This document shows positions 51,178-64,000 of a stretch of DNA of 64,000 bases, one piece after another. How positions within the stretch are numbered: position 1 is the first letter of the stretch; the number at the start of each line of letters is the position of its first letter. The notes beneath the pieces are model-generated. The model was not told where the DNA came from. It worked only from the letters and a program-made list of their open reading frames with translations, and did not search any database. A program made the translations under genes and the position numbers. Source of the DNA: Sphyrna mokarran (lineage: Eukaryota); NCBI GenBank assembly GCA_024679065.1, contig JAGIQG010000008.1:86490001-86554000 (forward strand). Direction: 5' to 3'.

Positions 51178-52975
51178 GCATGTTCTCCTTTACACTTCCT
51201 GAAGTAAGTGACAATCTTTTCATATTGTTAACATTGAGGGAGAGATTATTGTTGCTGCATCAGTTCACTAAATTTTCTATCTAATTTCAAAACTCTGTCT
51301 CATCATTGTTTGAGATCCAACCCACTATGGTTGTGTCATCAGCAAACTTGAAAATCGAATTGGACGAGGATTTGGCCACACAGTCATAGGTGTGTAAGGA
51401 ATATAGTAGGGAGCTGAGAATGCAGCCTCATAGAGCACTGTTGTTGAGAATGATCACGGAGGATTTGTTATTCTTACTGATTGCCTATCCTTACTGATTG
51501 TGGTCTGTGAGTTAGGAAGTTCAGGATTCAGTCGCAGAAGAAGATGCTGAGGCCCAGGCCATGGAGTTTGAAGATGAGTTATCTGGGAAGAATAGTATTG
51601 AAGGCTAAGCTCTAGTCAACAAGTAGGAGTCTGACATATGTGTTCTTGTTGACGAGTTGTTCCAGGATTGATTGCAGGGCCAAGGAAATGGTGTCTGCTG
51701 TAGATTTGTTGCAGCAATAGGCAAACCATAATGCATCCAGGTAGTCCGAGAGGCTGGAATTGAGTCATGCCATGAAGCATTTCGTAATGATGTCAGAGCC
51801 ATTGGCTAGTAGCTAAGGTACGCTGCTTGGTTCTTCTTAGGTACCAGGATGATGGTCATCTTCTTGAAACAGATAGGGGTCTCAGATTTTTGTAAAGAGA
51901 AGTTGAAGATGTCTGCGAATACACCCGCCAGCAGGAACTGAGTGTTCATTTGGCTATTCCATCCGGGCCAATTACTTTCTGAAGTTGACCTTCAAGAAAG
52001 CAGCTCTGACGTCTACAGTGCTGACCCCACATACGTGTTCATCCAAGGCTTGCAAGTGTTCAAAACAGGAATAGAATGCATTCAGCTCACCAACGAGGGG
52101 TGCGTTGGATGATTTTACATGCCTTCATCTTGTGGCCTGTTATGTCTTGCAGATCTTGCCATAGTCGGTAGGGGTCGGTATAGCTAGCTTGGTCCGCTAT
52201 GGTCTTCTGGTATCTTTAGTGGATCTCCTTAGATCGTATCTGGCTTTCTTGTGTAGGTCAGTGTTCACCTTACTTGAACGTCTCAGACTTGGACTTCAGC
52301 AAGCAGGGGATTTCCCTATTCGTCCATGGTTTCTGGTTGGAGAATACACGGATTTGCTTCTTTGGCACATATTCTTCTACACACTTATTAATGAAGTTAG
52401 TTACTGTAGTGATGTGCTTGTTCAGGCTGGTCACAGAGTTTTTAAATATTGACCAGTCCATTGACTTCAAGAAGCCCCGTAGGAGATCATCCAATTCCTC
52501 AGATCAACATTGCATGACTTTCTTTGATGGATTCTCTTCCTTCAGTTTTTGCATGTAAGCCAGGAGCAAAGCATAGCCTTGTGGTCTGATTTGCCAAAGT
52601 GTGGGCGGGCAATAGAGCAGTAGGCATGCGGTCTAGGATATTTGGGCCTGTAGTGGAACAGGACACGTGTTGGTGATGACTTGGTAGTGTGTTCTTGACT
52701 TTGGCTTGATTAAAGTCCCTGGCCACGATGAACAAGGCATTGGGATGTTTTACAGCAAGGCTATTCATAGTGGTGTATATTTCGCCCAGCACGATCTTCA
52801 CATCTGCATGGGGTGGGATGTAAACTGTCATCGGGATATCGGAGGTGAACTCCCGTGGTAAGTATTAGGAGCGGCGTTTTAACATCAAGTATTCTAAGTC
52901 TGGCGAGCAGAAAGTCGCCGTTGTTGTTACATCTAGGCACCACAAGGTGTTGATTAGGATGTATAGCCAGACACT
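51178..52975 (-). mobile_element. Rex1/Babar-like LINE (APE endonuclease and RT remnants)
   Basis: ORF 52499-52831(-) has VYIPPHAD...HPNALFIVARDFNQA...HQHVSCSTTG.NILD, and 52270-52494(-) has NQKPW. RT portions are frameshifted. Confidence 0.8.
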
Positions 52976-55900
52976 TTTAAATGAATTGAGTGTTTCTGCT
53001 TGCACTGTATTTTCTGGCAGTGGGGCAAGTACTGAGACAGGTGGGAGCTGGTAATAATGAGGAGTGGGAAGAGGTATTGAGTGCGGGGAAGGACGAGGTG
53101 ATCAGCGGGATAGATGGGACTGAACATAATGGAGAGGCGAAGAAGGAATTGGACACAGTGATGGGTAGGGTGAATATCAAGGCAGGCAGGAAGCAGCCAC
53201 TATTGGTGAGGGGGAACACATGGTCCATAGGTGGAAAGAGCAACAAGGTGTAATCCCTCCCTTTGTATTTTTGTTTATTTGTAATGTTTATCATTTTTTT
53301 AAATCATAACTTGTACTTGATTAAATCTTGTGTTCAACCCTAGTATGCATTTTTTCAAAATGTGTTCATTATTTTTGCATTATGTTCCATTTACATTTGC
53401 CACTTTTTCACATTGCTTGATTGATGCCCGTGTGGGTTTTGTCATTATTCATTCTTGACAAGGATTATCAGAGAACGTGAAGTTATTTCCTAACCACTTT
53501 AGGTGTAAGAAATGCTCCCACTGGGTTTCATTGAGACAAAGTCATGGCAACTAAGTTACTATTGGGAGTGGAACTCCCATAATAGATTTTTTTTCATGCT
53601 TCTCATTGAGTTTTTTTAATTTCCTATCCTGTAAAATGTGCTGTGTAATATAACTTACATTTTGTTGCATTATTTGTATGACCCTTTATGGTGAGTGTAC
53701 TCAAAAAGAATGAAGTATCTTGAAATGGTTAAATGCACAGCACTAATAACCTTGAATTTATGTAACACATTTTATATATGTGAGGTGAGCAGATGAATAT
53801 TATCGTGCTGTTTGGTGTGAAAATATGTACTGGTATGCCAACATCGTTTTGCTTCAATTAGGCAGTCTTTTAACTTAAGTCAATCCTGTTGGCTTCAACT
53901 GGTACAGTTTCTGGTCCAAATAATGATTGAAACAGTTACATGGCAACTTGCTGCAGTTAGGGCCAGATTTTATCAATTGGAGGCTAAGGACTGGTCCGGA
54001 TGTAAAATAGATCCGAGCCCGAAATTCTCATTCCAGCGCACCCATATGCTTTTTACCGGCTGCGGTCTGGTCCGCGCTGTGGGCGGGTCTTAGTGCTGCC
54101 AGAACAATCAGAGCTCTGAACTGCACATGTGCAGTTCGAAAAAAATCTGAAACAGCACGCCCGGGCACGAAAGACAAAAGACAAAACCAGCAAGAGAGAG
54201 CCAGGGGGGGGGGGGGGGATGGGAGGAGGATGAGCCACAATCAGACCCCCCGCAGGAGGCAAGCCCCCTGATTATAGGTGGGATTCTCCCAAAAAATTTC
54301 TAAATGTCAGATTTGCATAAAAACTGGAGTAAATCTTGCTGGTTCTTTCAGCAGGATTTTCAAAATGAATCTCGCATACTATGCGCATTGCTAGTGTGAA
54401 TCTCATTAAAAATTCAGGGGTGAGGCCTATTCCCACCAGAGAGGCTGGCAACATAGTGCTGAGTGGGTCACTGAGGATGCACCATCCGTCATGGTGGAGA
54501 TTGATGCATGTGCAGTAGCCCCGCACTGCCAGCCTCCTGATTGCTGGCCAGGCTCATGCCCCAATCACTGGCCCTCCCAATTCCCCAGCCTCCCCATGCC
54601 CCCACCCCAGCTCACAACACTGCTGTCCAGAGGCTTCAGTCCCAGGCCCACTAATGAAATGCAAATTTTATTAAAATCACTATTACCATAACTTATTCAG
54701 CACCATGCTGATTTCACCAGAGCTGATGGTGCCAAGAATCCAGCGGGCGGAAAAGTGACAACTAGCAGGAAGCCTGCTACATGTATGACACCAAAGGCCT
54801 AATTCTGCTTATGTTCTTAATTCTCCATTTCTCCATGAGTATAATGGCCACAGACAAACTGCTGGAGAAGGCCTTATTATGGCCCAAGTCTGCCCATATT
54901 CAAGGACCTCAACCCACCAGTAGTACACTCCTCATGCCATCCAATGTAGCTAAACCCATCATGCCAAGAAGTAACATTATCTAACATGTCCAAGGCCTGT
55001 GTCCAGCCATCCAACATCAATAAGGTTGCAAAACTATCCAAGCTGCTACTGTAGTGCAGTACAAACAATGATGCACATTGTCGAGACCACTGACTAAACT
55101 GGAAGGTAAGCTTAAAGAACTCCATCTAATCAATGATAAGGCTATTGCTTGGCTCTGTGAATATGCTAAATACATAAATAAATCTGTGCAATATTACGTG
55201 GATTCCTTACTGTTCATAAGTCTCAATGATTATTTGAGGTAATGTGCGGATAAGGAGGGAGGATGGGAACCTCCCTCTACCACAGTGGTTTCTGATAATT
55301 CAAGCATGCTTGTTAAAAGGTGAAGTAAATATAGTAATTCAGTTTCACTTTTATCACCTTTTTAATATATTCTGAAAATAGTTTGAATTTCTAAAAAGCA
55401 TCCTTCTACATCTGCTAAATAAAGCTTTCCATAGAGGTAGGGAACAATAAGAAACTGCATGTAAGAAATGTGAAGAAAGAGTTGTGCCAATAAGTCTTTC
55501 AGACATTCCAGATTCAAAGAAAATCTTATTTCAATGCAATTGAAAAATCTGGGTGATACATTTAGCAGAAAATATCCTCTCTTTTGTTGTTGATCATTTC
55601 GAACAATCACTTAAGTCCATGGAAGATGTCAAACCTAATGGAGCATGAATATCAAGGCACCAAGTTCTATTTGTTGCTCCCTAACCATGTGATCTTCCTT
55701 TAAAAAAAGTTTTATGTAGGTTAGGTTTGACACTATTATGTCACATAAGTAAGCTTGAGCTCAGTCCTCAATGTTCATTGTCGTATCACTGTGAAGGAAT
55801 ATTCTTCTCCCATAAAAATCTATAAAGTTTAATTTAATTTCAATATCTTGTTCCCATCATTGCAATTAACTACTGACTCCATTTTTATGGTCTATTTATT

Positions 55901-58787
55901 TTGATTTTCTTTGATATCAGAAGACTTGCACATATGTCTTTCAAGTGACTACGTGGCTGAAGGAGGGAAGGAGAAGAAATATTTAGGATCAGTTTGCCAA
56001 CAACATGGTACAGGACAGGTTTGATTGTCAATTCCAGCTGGTTGTCAAGTCAAGTCAGTTTGACTTGCAATGCTTTTACTGTACTGAGTATACTTTCTAC
56101 TTATAAAAAGCTTATATACATCTGTTAGATAAGAGTTACCACAGAAATGGAGAAACCAAAAAAGACCCTCTTTTAACTATTGAGGTTAAAAACTCCATTC
56201 GGAGAACACATTTTAGCAATTTACAGAACAACATTCTCTCAAAGTAATGTCAAATTATTAAAAATGCTGGCCACGATTCTCCCACCCCATTTTAGGGCAG
56301 CGGGTCAGGAGAACCTTGTGGTGGCTGAATTGTGGGGTTTGTACGGGCTTTCGGGTCCTTATTGTGTCTCCCAGCACCAGATTTCATGTGGCATCTGCTC
56401 CACACCAGAAGTTGGTGGGGAGATGTGTAAGTGACTTAAGTAACAATTTCCCTACAATTTAAATGGGATTAGCGGGCCCAGGACTGAAGTCTCCGGGCTC
56501 CTTAGCCTTTCCCACCCCACCAAAGTGTTTACTCCAGCAGGAATTAAGCCAGCTCCCTGTTTTCGGGGAGCCAGCGACCTGACCCTGCTGGACTGAAGGG
56601 GGTTGGCAATTGGGGCCTTTCAGAACATTGGGCGATCGGGGAGGCGGTGGTGTCCCCTGTGCAAGGGCTTCCTGGCACTGTCACAATAGAATCTCCTACA
56701 GCGGGACCAGTGAATCCATGTTATGTATCACAAAAATGCTTAGTGTGATAATCCTATTTTGGAAGAACAGTTGTGATTTATGAGTTTCACAGTGCAAGTT
56801 GATATGAAACACCAACCCATCATTATACTTAATTGAAATGTTAGCACAATGATGAAACAAATGCCTTTAGTTTATTCTGCTGCTATTGCAGTACTATCTC
56901 CTGTTGTATTTGGTCTCCTACTGTAAAACTGAAACAGGGCTTTAAGTTTTGGAAACTTATCATAACTGCAAGGGAGGAACAGGAGACTGTTATAATCAGT
57001 GTGGGATCGGCATATGCGAGAGAGGTCAGTTTGGTCACGCTACTTGTCAGTCACATGTAGCTGTCATTCTGTGCTTTTTTTGAATTGTTCTGTAATTGAG
57101 GACTAAAGAAAAGCAGCATACAGCGGGTTTCCAGATATGTTTTCTCAAATTCTTGGAAAGATGAAAACACAGGGGAAGCATCCCAGCATTAATGAGAAAG
57201 AGGAACAGCAGGATCACTTGCAGGTTGATAACCTGTTTTCCGAATTGGCAGGCTTTTCCAAGGCTCTTTCTCAATCTCCAACCAATCAAGGAGGGTGGAC
57301 GGGATGGTGTACTAGTTTTGTCAAAGTAAGGATTCATCCCATGATATGAGTTACATGCACTCAGTAACATTTGGGTTTTTGAGGCTGCAGCAATGACAGG
57401 AATGGAGAAGAGACGTGGCAGGTCTGTTCCCTGGAAGTTCCTGTTGCAAGACATGAGGACTGCAGTGAGGTGAGCTTTCAAAGGCTGGTAGTGGCCGTGC
57501 AGGTCAGTAGGAGGAAGACTGGCAGATAGTCCTCCTGTGACATGCACATTATCAATGCATGATTATCAGCTCCATTCAGAAAGCAATCTTGTTGAAAGAG
57601 GCTGAAGATGCTAGTAATAATCTACTGTGAGATCCTCATGTGTTGATAAAGGTAATCGTGTGCTTGCAAATCTAATGTTGGGGGTCTTGGCTCCCACCAG
57701 CCAGATCTTGCTGTTTACCCCTTTGCCTTATAAAGGACCATGTAGCTGAGGAGAAGGTACCTGGAGGTGCTGTTCTAGGTGTTGCTCCTGCTGCTGGTAC
57801 TGTCAATGCTAGTCTTGCTTCTCCTCTTGAGATGCAAGGGAGATCTGCATAAGCTGCTCACGAGCCAAGGCAAAGGCTGGTCACAGGGAAATACAGTTGA
57901 AGTTGATTCGGGTGTTCAGCAGGTGAAGTGCCTTCCAAGAAGTTGGTAATGTCAGTTTTACTGGAGAAGCTCTTTCTGCAGTACACTTGCCTCAATGACC
58001 CTGGCGAGTTGCTGACCGGTTGGAAGCAGTTGCCTTGGCTGGAAAATTCAGAATTGAGAGCTGAAACCTTTTATAATTCTAATTTTAATTACCTTAATTA
58101 GTTAATTGACAGAGTTTCTGCTCACTTTTAATACTGCCCTACAGAAACTTAGAGGGCAACAGGCATGCAAACGTGACTCCCTTTACCTGGGGTAAATTCA
58201 AAAGGCAACAAAGATATCTCAATTAAAACAAAACGGTTTGAGGGATACAAAAGAAAATTTAGAGATAGATTTGAGATCTATCGAAAATGACAAATCTGTT
58301 GGTTTAGTGATCTTTTTATTTTCCGAAGTATATTTAAATGATATTAAGGGAATACATGATTTCCTCTATCATAACCAATGCACTAATGAATTCACTTCCT
58401 TGTAAATTGCATATTTCTAACCCATGGCTTCCTACAATTTAATTACTAGGTGTTAATTACAAAGAAATGGCATTTTCAGCTTTTCATTAAGAGACTGCTT
58501 TCTGTGCTCTTTAAGTTACTCAGCCTCCATTTTTGTCTGATTATAGTTCTATAAAGCACCTTAAGACTTTTTTTATGCATGAAAGGTGCTATTTAAAATA
58601 TAAGCCGCTGCCTCAACATTATCTTGGTATAAAGAAATTTAAAAATTTTAAACCATTTTCATAAAAGGTGAATGTATCTTAAAAAAAAACTGATCAGAAT
58701 TTTAATTCCATTTCTTGACTATTCTGTAGCCACAGTATGAGCACAACATATTTTTGCTTGATTCATAATGCTTTCCTCCTTTCACAG

Positions 58788-58850
58788 CAACCAGAGATGT
58801 TGAAACGAATGGTGGTCTACAATTCATCGTTTTGTTCTAAAGGAAAGCAC
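58788..58850 (+). CDS. USH1C: Harmonin-b exon F: QPEMLKRMVVYNSSFCSKGKH
   Basis: tttcctcctttcacag| acceptor. EMLKRMVVY is identical to recalled human PQEMLKRMVVYQTAFRQ. Donor CAC|gtaaat is weaker, so the 3' boundary is less certain. Confidence 0.88.
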
Positions 58851-60139
58851 GTAAATAATCAGGAACTTTTATCATGATATCTTTGATTTTTTTGTGCATA
58901 CTCTTTTGGTGCAGACATCTTACGTGAAATAGTAACCTTTTTTGTTGCTGCTTGCACTCCATTCATTTGCCTTCTCAAATGTTTCTTGCCTCCTACCTAA
59001 CGTGTGATGTGATCTTTAGTGATTTTGCACTATTCACTAAACATCTTGAACTCAATTGCCCTTGAACATCTTGAACTCAATTGCTAGCAGCAATTTATTT
59101 TGCCCTTTTTATTATTCATTGGGATCCTGTACAACTGGATAATTTAAACACTGAGAAACAGAAATGACAAAAGCATTCTCTTATGTTTTCCACTCTGTGT
59201 GGTTCCAGAAAATAATACAACTCTGTTGAAATGCTGAAAGAGCTCTCCCACTGGTGATCCACTTATCTTCTTTCCAATGTAAAACACAAAAAACCTGCAT
59301 TTGTAAATTTCTTTCATGACCACACGATATCCAAATGTGCCACACAGCCAATTAAATACCTTTTGAAATATTGTCATTGTTATAATGTAGGAATATCAGT
59401 CTAACGTTTCATTCAATTTCCATATCTGTCAGACTCTTACAATAAATACCATTAATATATTGATTCAGATTGACAGACTTTGAAATAAACCACAACATAT
59501 AGAAAACAGCACAAACATATGGCAGAATTGTCCCATCTCATCCAAGACAGGAACTGTTATGAACAAGAACAAAAAATTTGGAGTTCCAACCTTTTGACCT
59601 CTACATCTGAAACTCCATTCATTTTCAATGCACAGGAAAATCCTAGCCATGAATAAGGATGACCATAGTAACTAACAACTGCATACTTTACTCAACTGTA
59701 ATTGAATTTTCATTGGTCTACAATGGAACAGACAAATTTGAGCGTATACTTTTTCGAGCAAATCATAGCTTTCATAATGAATTTACCTTCTACTGCAATA
59801 TCAGTAATTTGCAATCAATAAGGAAAGAGAGAAATGATAAACAGAACAAGACAGGAAAGGAAGTCAAACATATTTCTAAAAGTAACACGGCTTTCAAAAT
59901 CAAAAATTATAAAAAGATAAGACCCAAAGGTTCTGAGCAGGATTTCCTACCCCCCACCCTTCTTCCCTCAATGATATATTTTCCAGCAATTGAGGAGGTC
60001 TGCTATTGGCATTTTTTTGATCCCACTAATGTCCATGGGGTCCGCACTCGCTGCCACTGGGGAACGTGCCATAGGAGTCATCATTGGCATATCCAGAAGA
60101 TACCACCAGCAGAAAGGGCCAGAAACTTTTGACCTTTGT

Positions 60140-62815
60140 ATTCAAAACTAAAGAAATGAACTGCTAGTGCAGATAAAAATAAATAAATATGATTTGATAG
60201 CCGTTACAGAGACATGGCTACAAGATGACATAAATTGGGGCCTGAATATTGAAGGTTTCATGACATCTAGGAAGGACATGAAACAAGGAAATTTGACAGG
60301 GAGGCTCTGTTTACCAATGATGGTATTGGCATAATTAGAAAGCTATCACTTGAACTCAAGAAACGAACATGTAGAAATGATTTGGGTAAATTTGAGAAAT
60401 GATAAAGGTAAGAAGTCACTTGGAGGAGTAGTGTGCAGGCACCCTATAAGTAACTATGTAGTTGGACACAGATTAAAGAAAGAGATTGTGGGAGCTTGTT
60501 GAAAGATATAGTGATAATCATGAGGGATTTTAACCTACATGTAGACTTGAAAAATCAGATGGATGAGATGGAAGTTCACAGAATGTTTTGGGGATAGTTT
60601 CTGTAGCGGCAATCATTTTGTGATTGAATTTTACTTTCAATATGAGAGAGAAGAATGGATCCAAGACAAATATTTTAAACTTAAATAAGGGCAATTATGA
60701 AGTCATGAAGACAGAGCTCGTTAATGTAATCTGGCAATTGAAGTTAAGGGACAGGTCATTAGGGATTTGTTGGGAGACGCTTAAAGAAATATATCAGAAT
60801 ACACAGAATAGATATTTTCTAACTAAAAAGAAAATCTCCTTGAGAGGAATTCATTGTGTGCAGTTAATTAAAAAGTTAAAGATAGTATCAGACTTTGCGG
60901 TGCGGGCTCGTTGGACCGAAGGGCCTGTTTCCCGTTCTGTTTTGTTCTTTGTTGACTCAAAGAAAAATTACATAATTGTGCAAAGATAAGTGGTGGGTCA
61001 GAAAACTGGACCAAAAATAAAGAAGAGCAAACAATAACTAAATGATTGGTAAGGAGGGGAAAATTAGAATGCAAGAGAAATCTAGCTAGAAATATACATA
61101 TAATGAGGTTCTATGAATATTTAAGTGAGGTGAGTTAACAAAGTGAGCATTAGTTCTCCAGGAAGTGAGCCTGGAGAAATAATAATGGGAAATAAGGAGA
61201 TGGCAGATGAATTAAATAGGTATTTTTCATCAGTCTTCATTATAGAGGATAAATGCAATATCCCAGAAATAGCTATAAAACCATTAGCAGAGAAATTGTA
61301 CTTTGGCAAATTGTCAGAACTGGGGGCTGACAACTGGGGGCTGACAAATCCTTGGAATCTCATGGATTTCATCCAAGGATCTGAAATGGAGTAGCTAGTG
61401 AAATAGTGAATGAGTTGTTTTTAATTTTCAAATGTTCCCTCAATTCCAGGAAGGTTCCATTAGATTGGAAAATATAAAATGTAACTCATTTATTCAAAAA
61501 GGGAGGGAGACAGAAAATAAGAAACTACAGGCCATGTATTTAATATCTGTAATTGGAAAAATGTTGAACACCATCATGTAGGTAGAATCAACATGGTTTT
61601 GTGAAACGAAGATCATGTTTAACCAATTCATTGGAGTTCTTTGAATAAATCATATGTGCTGTTGCTAAAGGCAAACCAATGGACGTACTATATTTACAAT
61701 TTTAGAAAACATTTGATAAGGTGTCACATCAAAGGTTATTGAAGAAGATACAGGCTCATGATCTAAGGGGTAACTTATTGGCATAAGTAGAAGATTGGTC
61801 AGCTAACAGCAAACAGAGAGGAGGCACAAATTGATATTTTTCTTGTTGGTAGGATGTAATGAATGGTGTGCCAAAGAAATCCATGCTGGGGCCTCAACCT
61901 TTTGCAATGTATATAAATATTTTAGATGAAGGGACCGAAGGCATAGTTGCTAAATTTGTAGGTGACTCAAAGATTGGCAGGAAAGTTAGAAAGAGGACAC
62001 TTGGAGGCTGCAAAAAGATGAAGGGTGGGATTCTCTCATGTTTCTCAAAGATGGGAAGCTGTGCACTATTTGATGGCAGTGAGATTCTCTGGTCCCACTT
62101 GTGTCACTGGGACTTTTTTTGAAGCCACACTATGCTGCTGGGAAACCCACAGATAGTGTGTGTTGCCAGTGGAACAAAAAAATCCCATCATCAGTAAACG
62201 ACTGTAGAATCCTGTCCATAGATAGGTTAGTTGAGTGGGAAAATTGAACATATTTTGACAGGAAGGTTGAAAAAGGATCTTGTTAACTAAATGGTGTGAG
62301 ATTGCAGAGCTCTGAAATGTAGAGAGATCTGGGTATCATAGTGTATGAATCACAAAAGACTTGTATGCAGTTATAACAAGTAACTAGGAAAGCTAGTAGA
62401 ACGTTATTGCTTATTGTGAGGAGAATTTAATATTTAAGTATGGATGTTGTGCTTCTATTTTACAGGACACTAGTGAGACCATATTTGGAATAATGTACAT
62501 AGTATTGGGCTCAGTATTAGTTGAGAATGATGTAAATGCATTAGAAACAGTTCAGGGATGGTTTACAGGGCTAATACCTGAATTAGTATTAGGCAGATTG
62601 TCTTATGAGGAATGTTTGGACAGGTTAGGTTTCATTGGACTTTAGAAGAATAAGAGATACGTCAATTGAAACATTAAAAACTTGTCTTGATAGGATGGAC
62701 ATGGTAGAATCTAGTACTACGGGTTATTGTTTGAGAATTAGTCAACCATTTAAGACAGAGACAAGCAGAAATATTTACTTTCAAAGAGTAGTGAACCTTT
62801 GGTATTCTTTTCCTT
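60140..62815 (+). mobile_element. Decayed CR1/HER1-like LINE ORF2 (APE and RT)
   Basis: YDLIAVTETWLQD (60188), NKEMADELNRYFSSVF (61192), GVPKKSMLGPQPFAMYINILDEG...KFVGDSKIG (61865). Many stops and deletions, with small insertions at 60895 and ~62023. Confidence 0.88.
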
Positions 62816-62929
62816 AAAACACAGATTTTGGCTGGGTTTTTCCACTCCCATTTAAGTAAGCAGGTTTGAAGATGCAAGTGGAAAATACCTTAAGAAGGCT
62901 AAAGTCACATTTCACTTCAGTGTATAAGT

Positions 62930-63205
62930 AAGAAGTTAAAGCAAGGTTTAAAGAAGATGTACAAGGCAAATTTTTACACAGAGGGTGGTGAGTGCCTGGA
63001 ACTCGTTGCCAGGGGAGGCAGTGGGAGTAGATACAGTAGTGAATTTTAAGTTCTTCTTGATAAATACATGAATAGGTTGGGAATAGAGAGAAATGGTCCT
63101 CAAAAGGGTAGAATGTTTTAGTCAAGTCAGGCAGCATGGTTGGTGCAGGCTTGGTGGGCCGAAGGACCTATTCCTGTGCTGTAATTTTCTTTGTTCTTTG
63201 TTCTA
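62930..63205 (+). mobile_element. CR1-like 3' end fragment
   Basis: ttttttacacagagggtggtgagtgcctggaactcgttgccag-like RT end, then ggcttggtgggccgaaggacctattcctgtgctgt and (ttctttg)n tail. Confidence 0.8.
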
Positions 63206-63737
63206 ATAGTAATTCAGAAAAACAATAATAATCGTAACAACCCTGAAAGCAGGAGCAATTCTAAACACTTTCTTGCAGATTGAAAAGCCCCCAAAAACCC
63301 CATACATGCTAATGAACTTGGACACAGAGCATCTTCAGCCATAGTGTTCACCTCATCCAGAACCTTCAGCTACATCATTTTCCCGAAGCCCTATCCTTGA
63401 TTTCAACCTTTACATCTTTTGCATACTGCTTCTTGTTTATATCATCTGCAGATTGCATTTAGCTTCCACATGTATGCTGATAACATTCAGTTCTACCTTT
63501 CCACCAGCTCTATTAACTGTTCCTTTGCCTTTGTAATATCAGACAACACATCCAACATCTAACCAAATAAGAAATAATAATTCACGCCAGTATTCTTATT
63601 TCCCAGTTTGTACTGGTCTTCCATTTTAAGGTATACAAGATCAATTTGGACTATTAATCTTACTTCTCCATTTTTACTGTGCTTATCTCCTTTTGAAGTC
63701 ATGATTTTTCTTCATTAACAGATTAGGAAGACTGATG

Positions 63738-63843
63738 CAAAAGTAAAATACTGCAAATGCTGAAAACCTGAAATGAAAACAGAAAATGCTAGAAATACTC
63801 AGTAGGCTTAGCAGCATCTGTGAAGAGAGAAACAGAGTTAACG
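63738..63843 (-). mobile_element. Terminal fragment of a second probable Penelope-like repeat family, truncated
   Basis: aaaacagaaaatgctagaaatactcagtaggcttagcagcatctgtgaagagagaaacagagttaacg matches a recalled common shark repeat that normally continues into tttc...tcatcag (reverse-strand hammerhead). Here it is cut by a MITE. Confidence 0.5.
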
Positions 63844-64000
63844 GGTCCTATTTTACCACTTTGATCCTAAGTGCTGGGTGGACTTGAAACTGAGAGTGTT
63901 TCAGATCCAGTTTTAGACCTGTTCTCAGGTGACCCCAAAAGCACTTTGCCTGAAAAACTAGCAGCAATTCTGAATCTTGCTGCAGAAGCCTGTGGGCAAG

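Noticed and set aside
57047-58000. Possible Harbinger transposase fossil on the minus strand (KALHLLNTRI resembling KGFHSLNVQL)
   Set aside because: Similarity is too weak to call by eye; it needs an HMM search with DDE_Tnp_4.
59040-59084. Direct repeat aacatcttgaactcaattgc x2
   Set aside because: A simple local tandem duplication with two copies; not an array or CRISPR-like structure.
59659-60132. 157-aa ORF
   Set aside because: No recognisable domain, and it runs from AT-rich intron into a MITE-like segment. Probably a chance ORF.
1-64000. Prokaryotic-type systems (operons, CRISPR, rRNA) and genuine tRNA genes
   Set aside because: The sequence is vertebrate intron/exon DNA. All tRNA-like A/B boxes seen belong to SINE heads.

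Overview
Eukaryotic, AT-rich, repeat-dense vertebrate DNA. The repeats (HE1-like V-SINEs, SacSINE1-like DeuSINEs, CR1/HER1-like LINEs) point to a cartilaginous fish. The window lies entirely inside the USH1C (harmonin) gene on the + strand. Seven exons can be read with AG/GT boundaries and consistent phases: the isoform-a exon 15 homologue (3906/3909-3982) and the six harmonin-b exons A-F (6010-6059, 9543-9695, 12236-12352, 14621-15157, 22602-22718, 58788-58850), which encode the CC2 coiled coil and the PST region. The ORF track misses most of these. The introns hold a Tigger fossil, an internally deleted Gypsy element with both LTRs, Rex1/Babar-, CR1- and L2-like LINE fragments, many SINEs and Harbinger-type MITEs. 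The most unusual feature is a young 522-bp Penelope-like fold-back insertion (34523-35044) with a 12-bp TSD. Its 132-bp inverted arms each carry a minimal type I hammerhead ribozyme: intact on the pre-mRNA strand, core-mutated on the other. A 1.8-kb long inverted repeat (30649-32460) is also notable. All homology calls come from recalled sequences and alignment by eye, not from database searches. Repeat boundaries are approximate.
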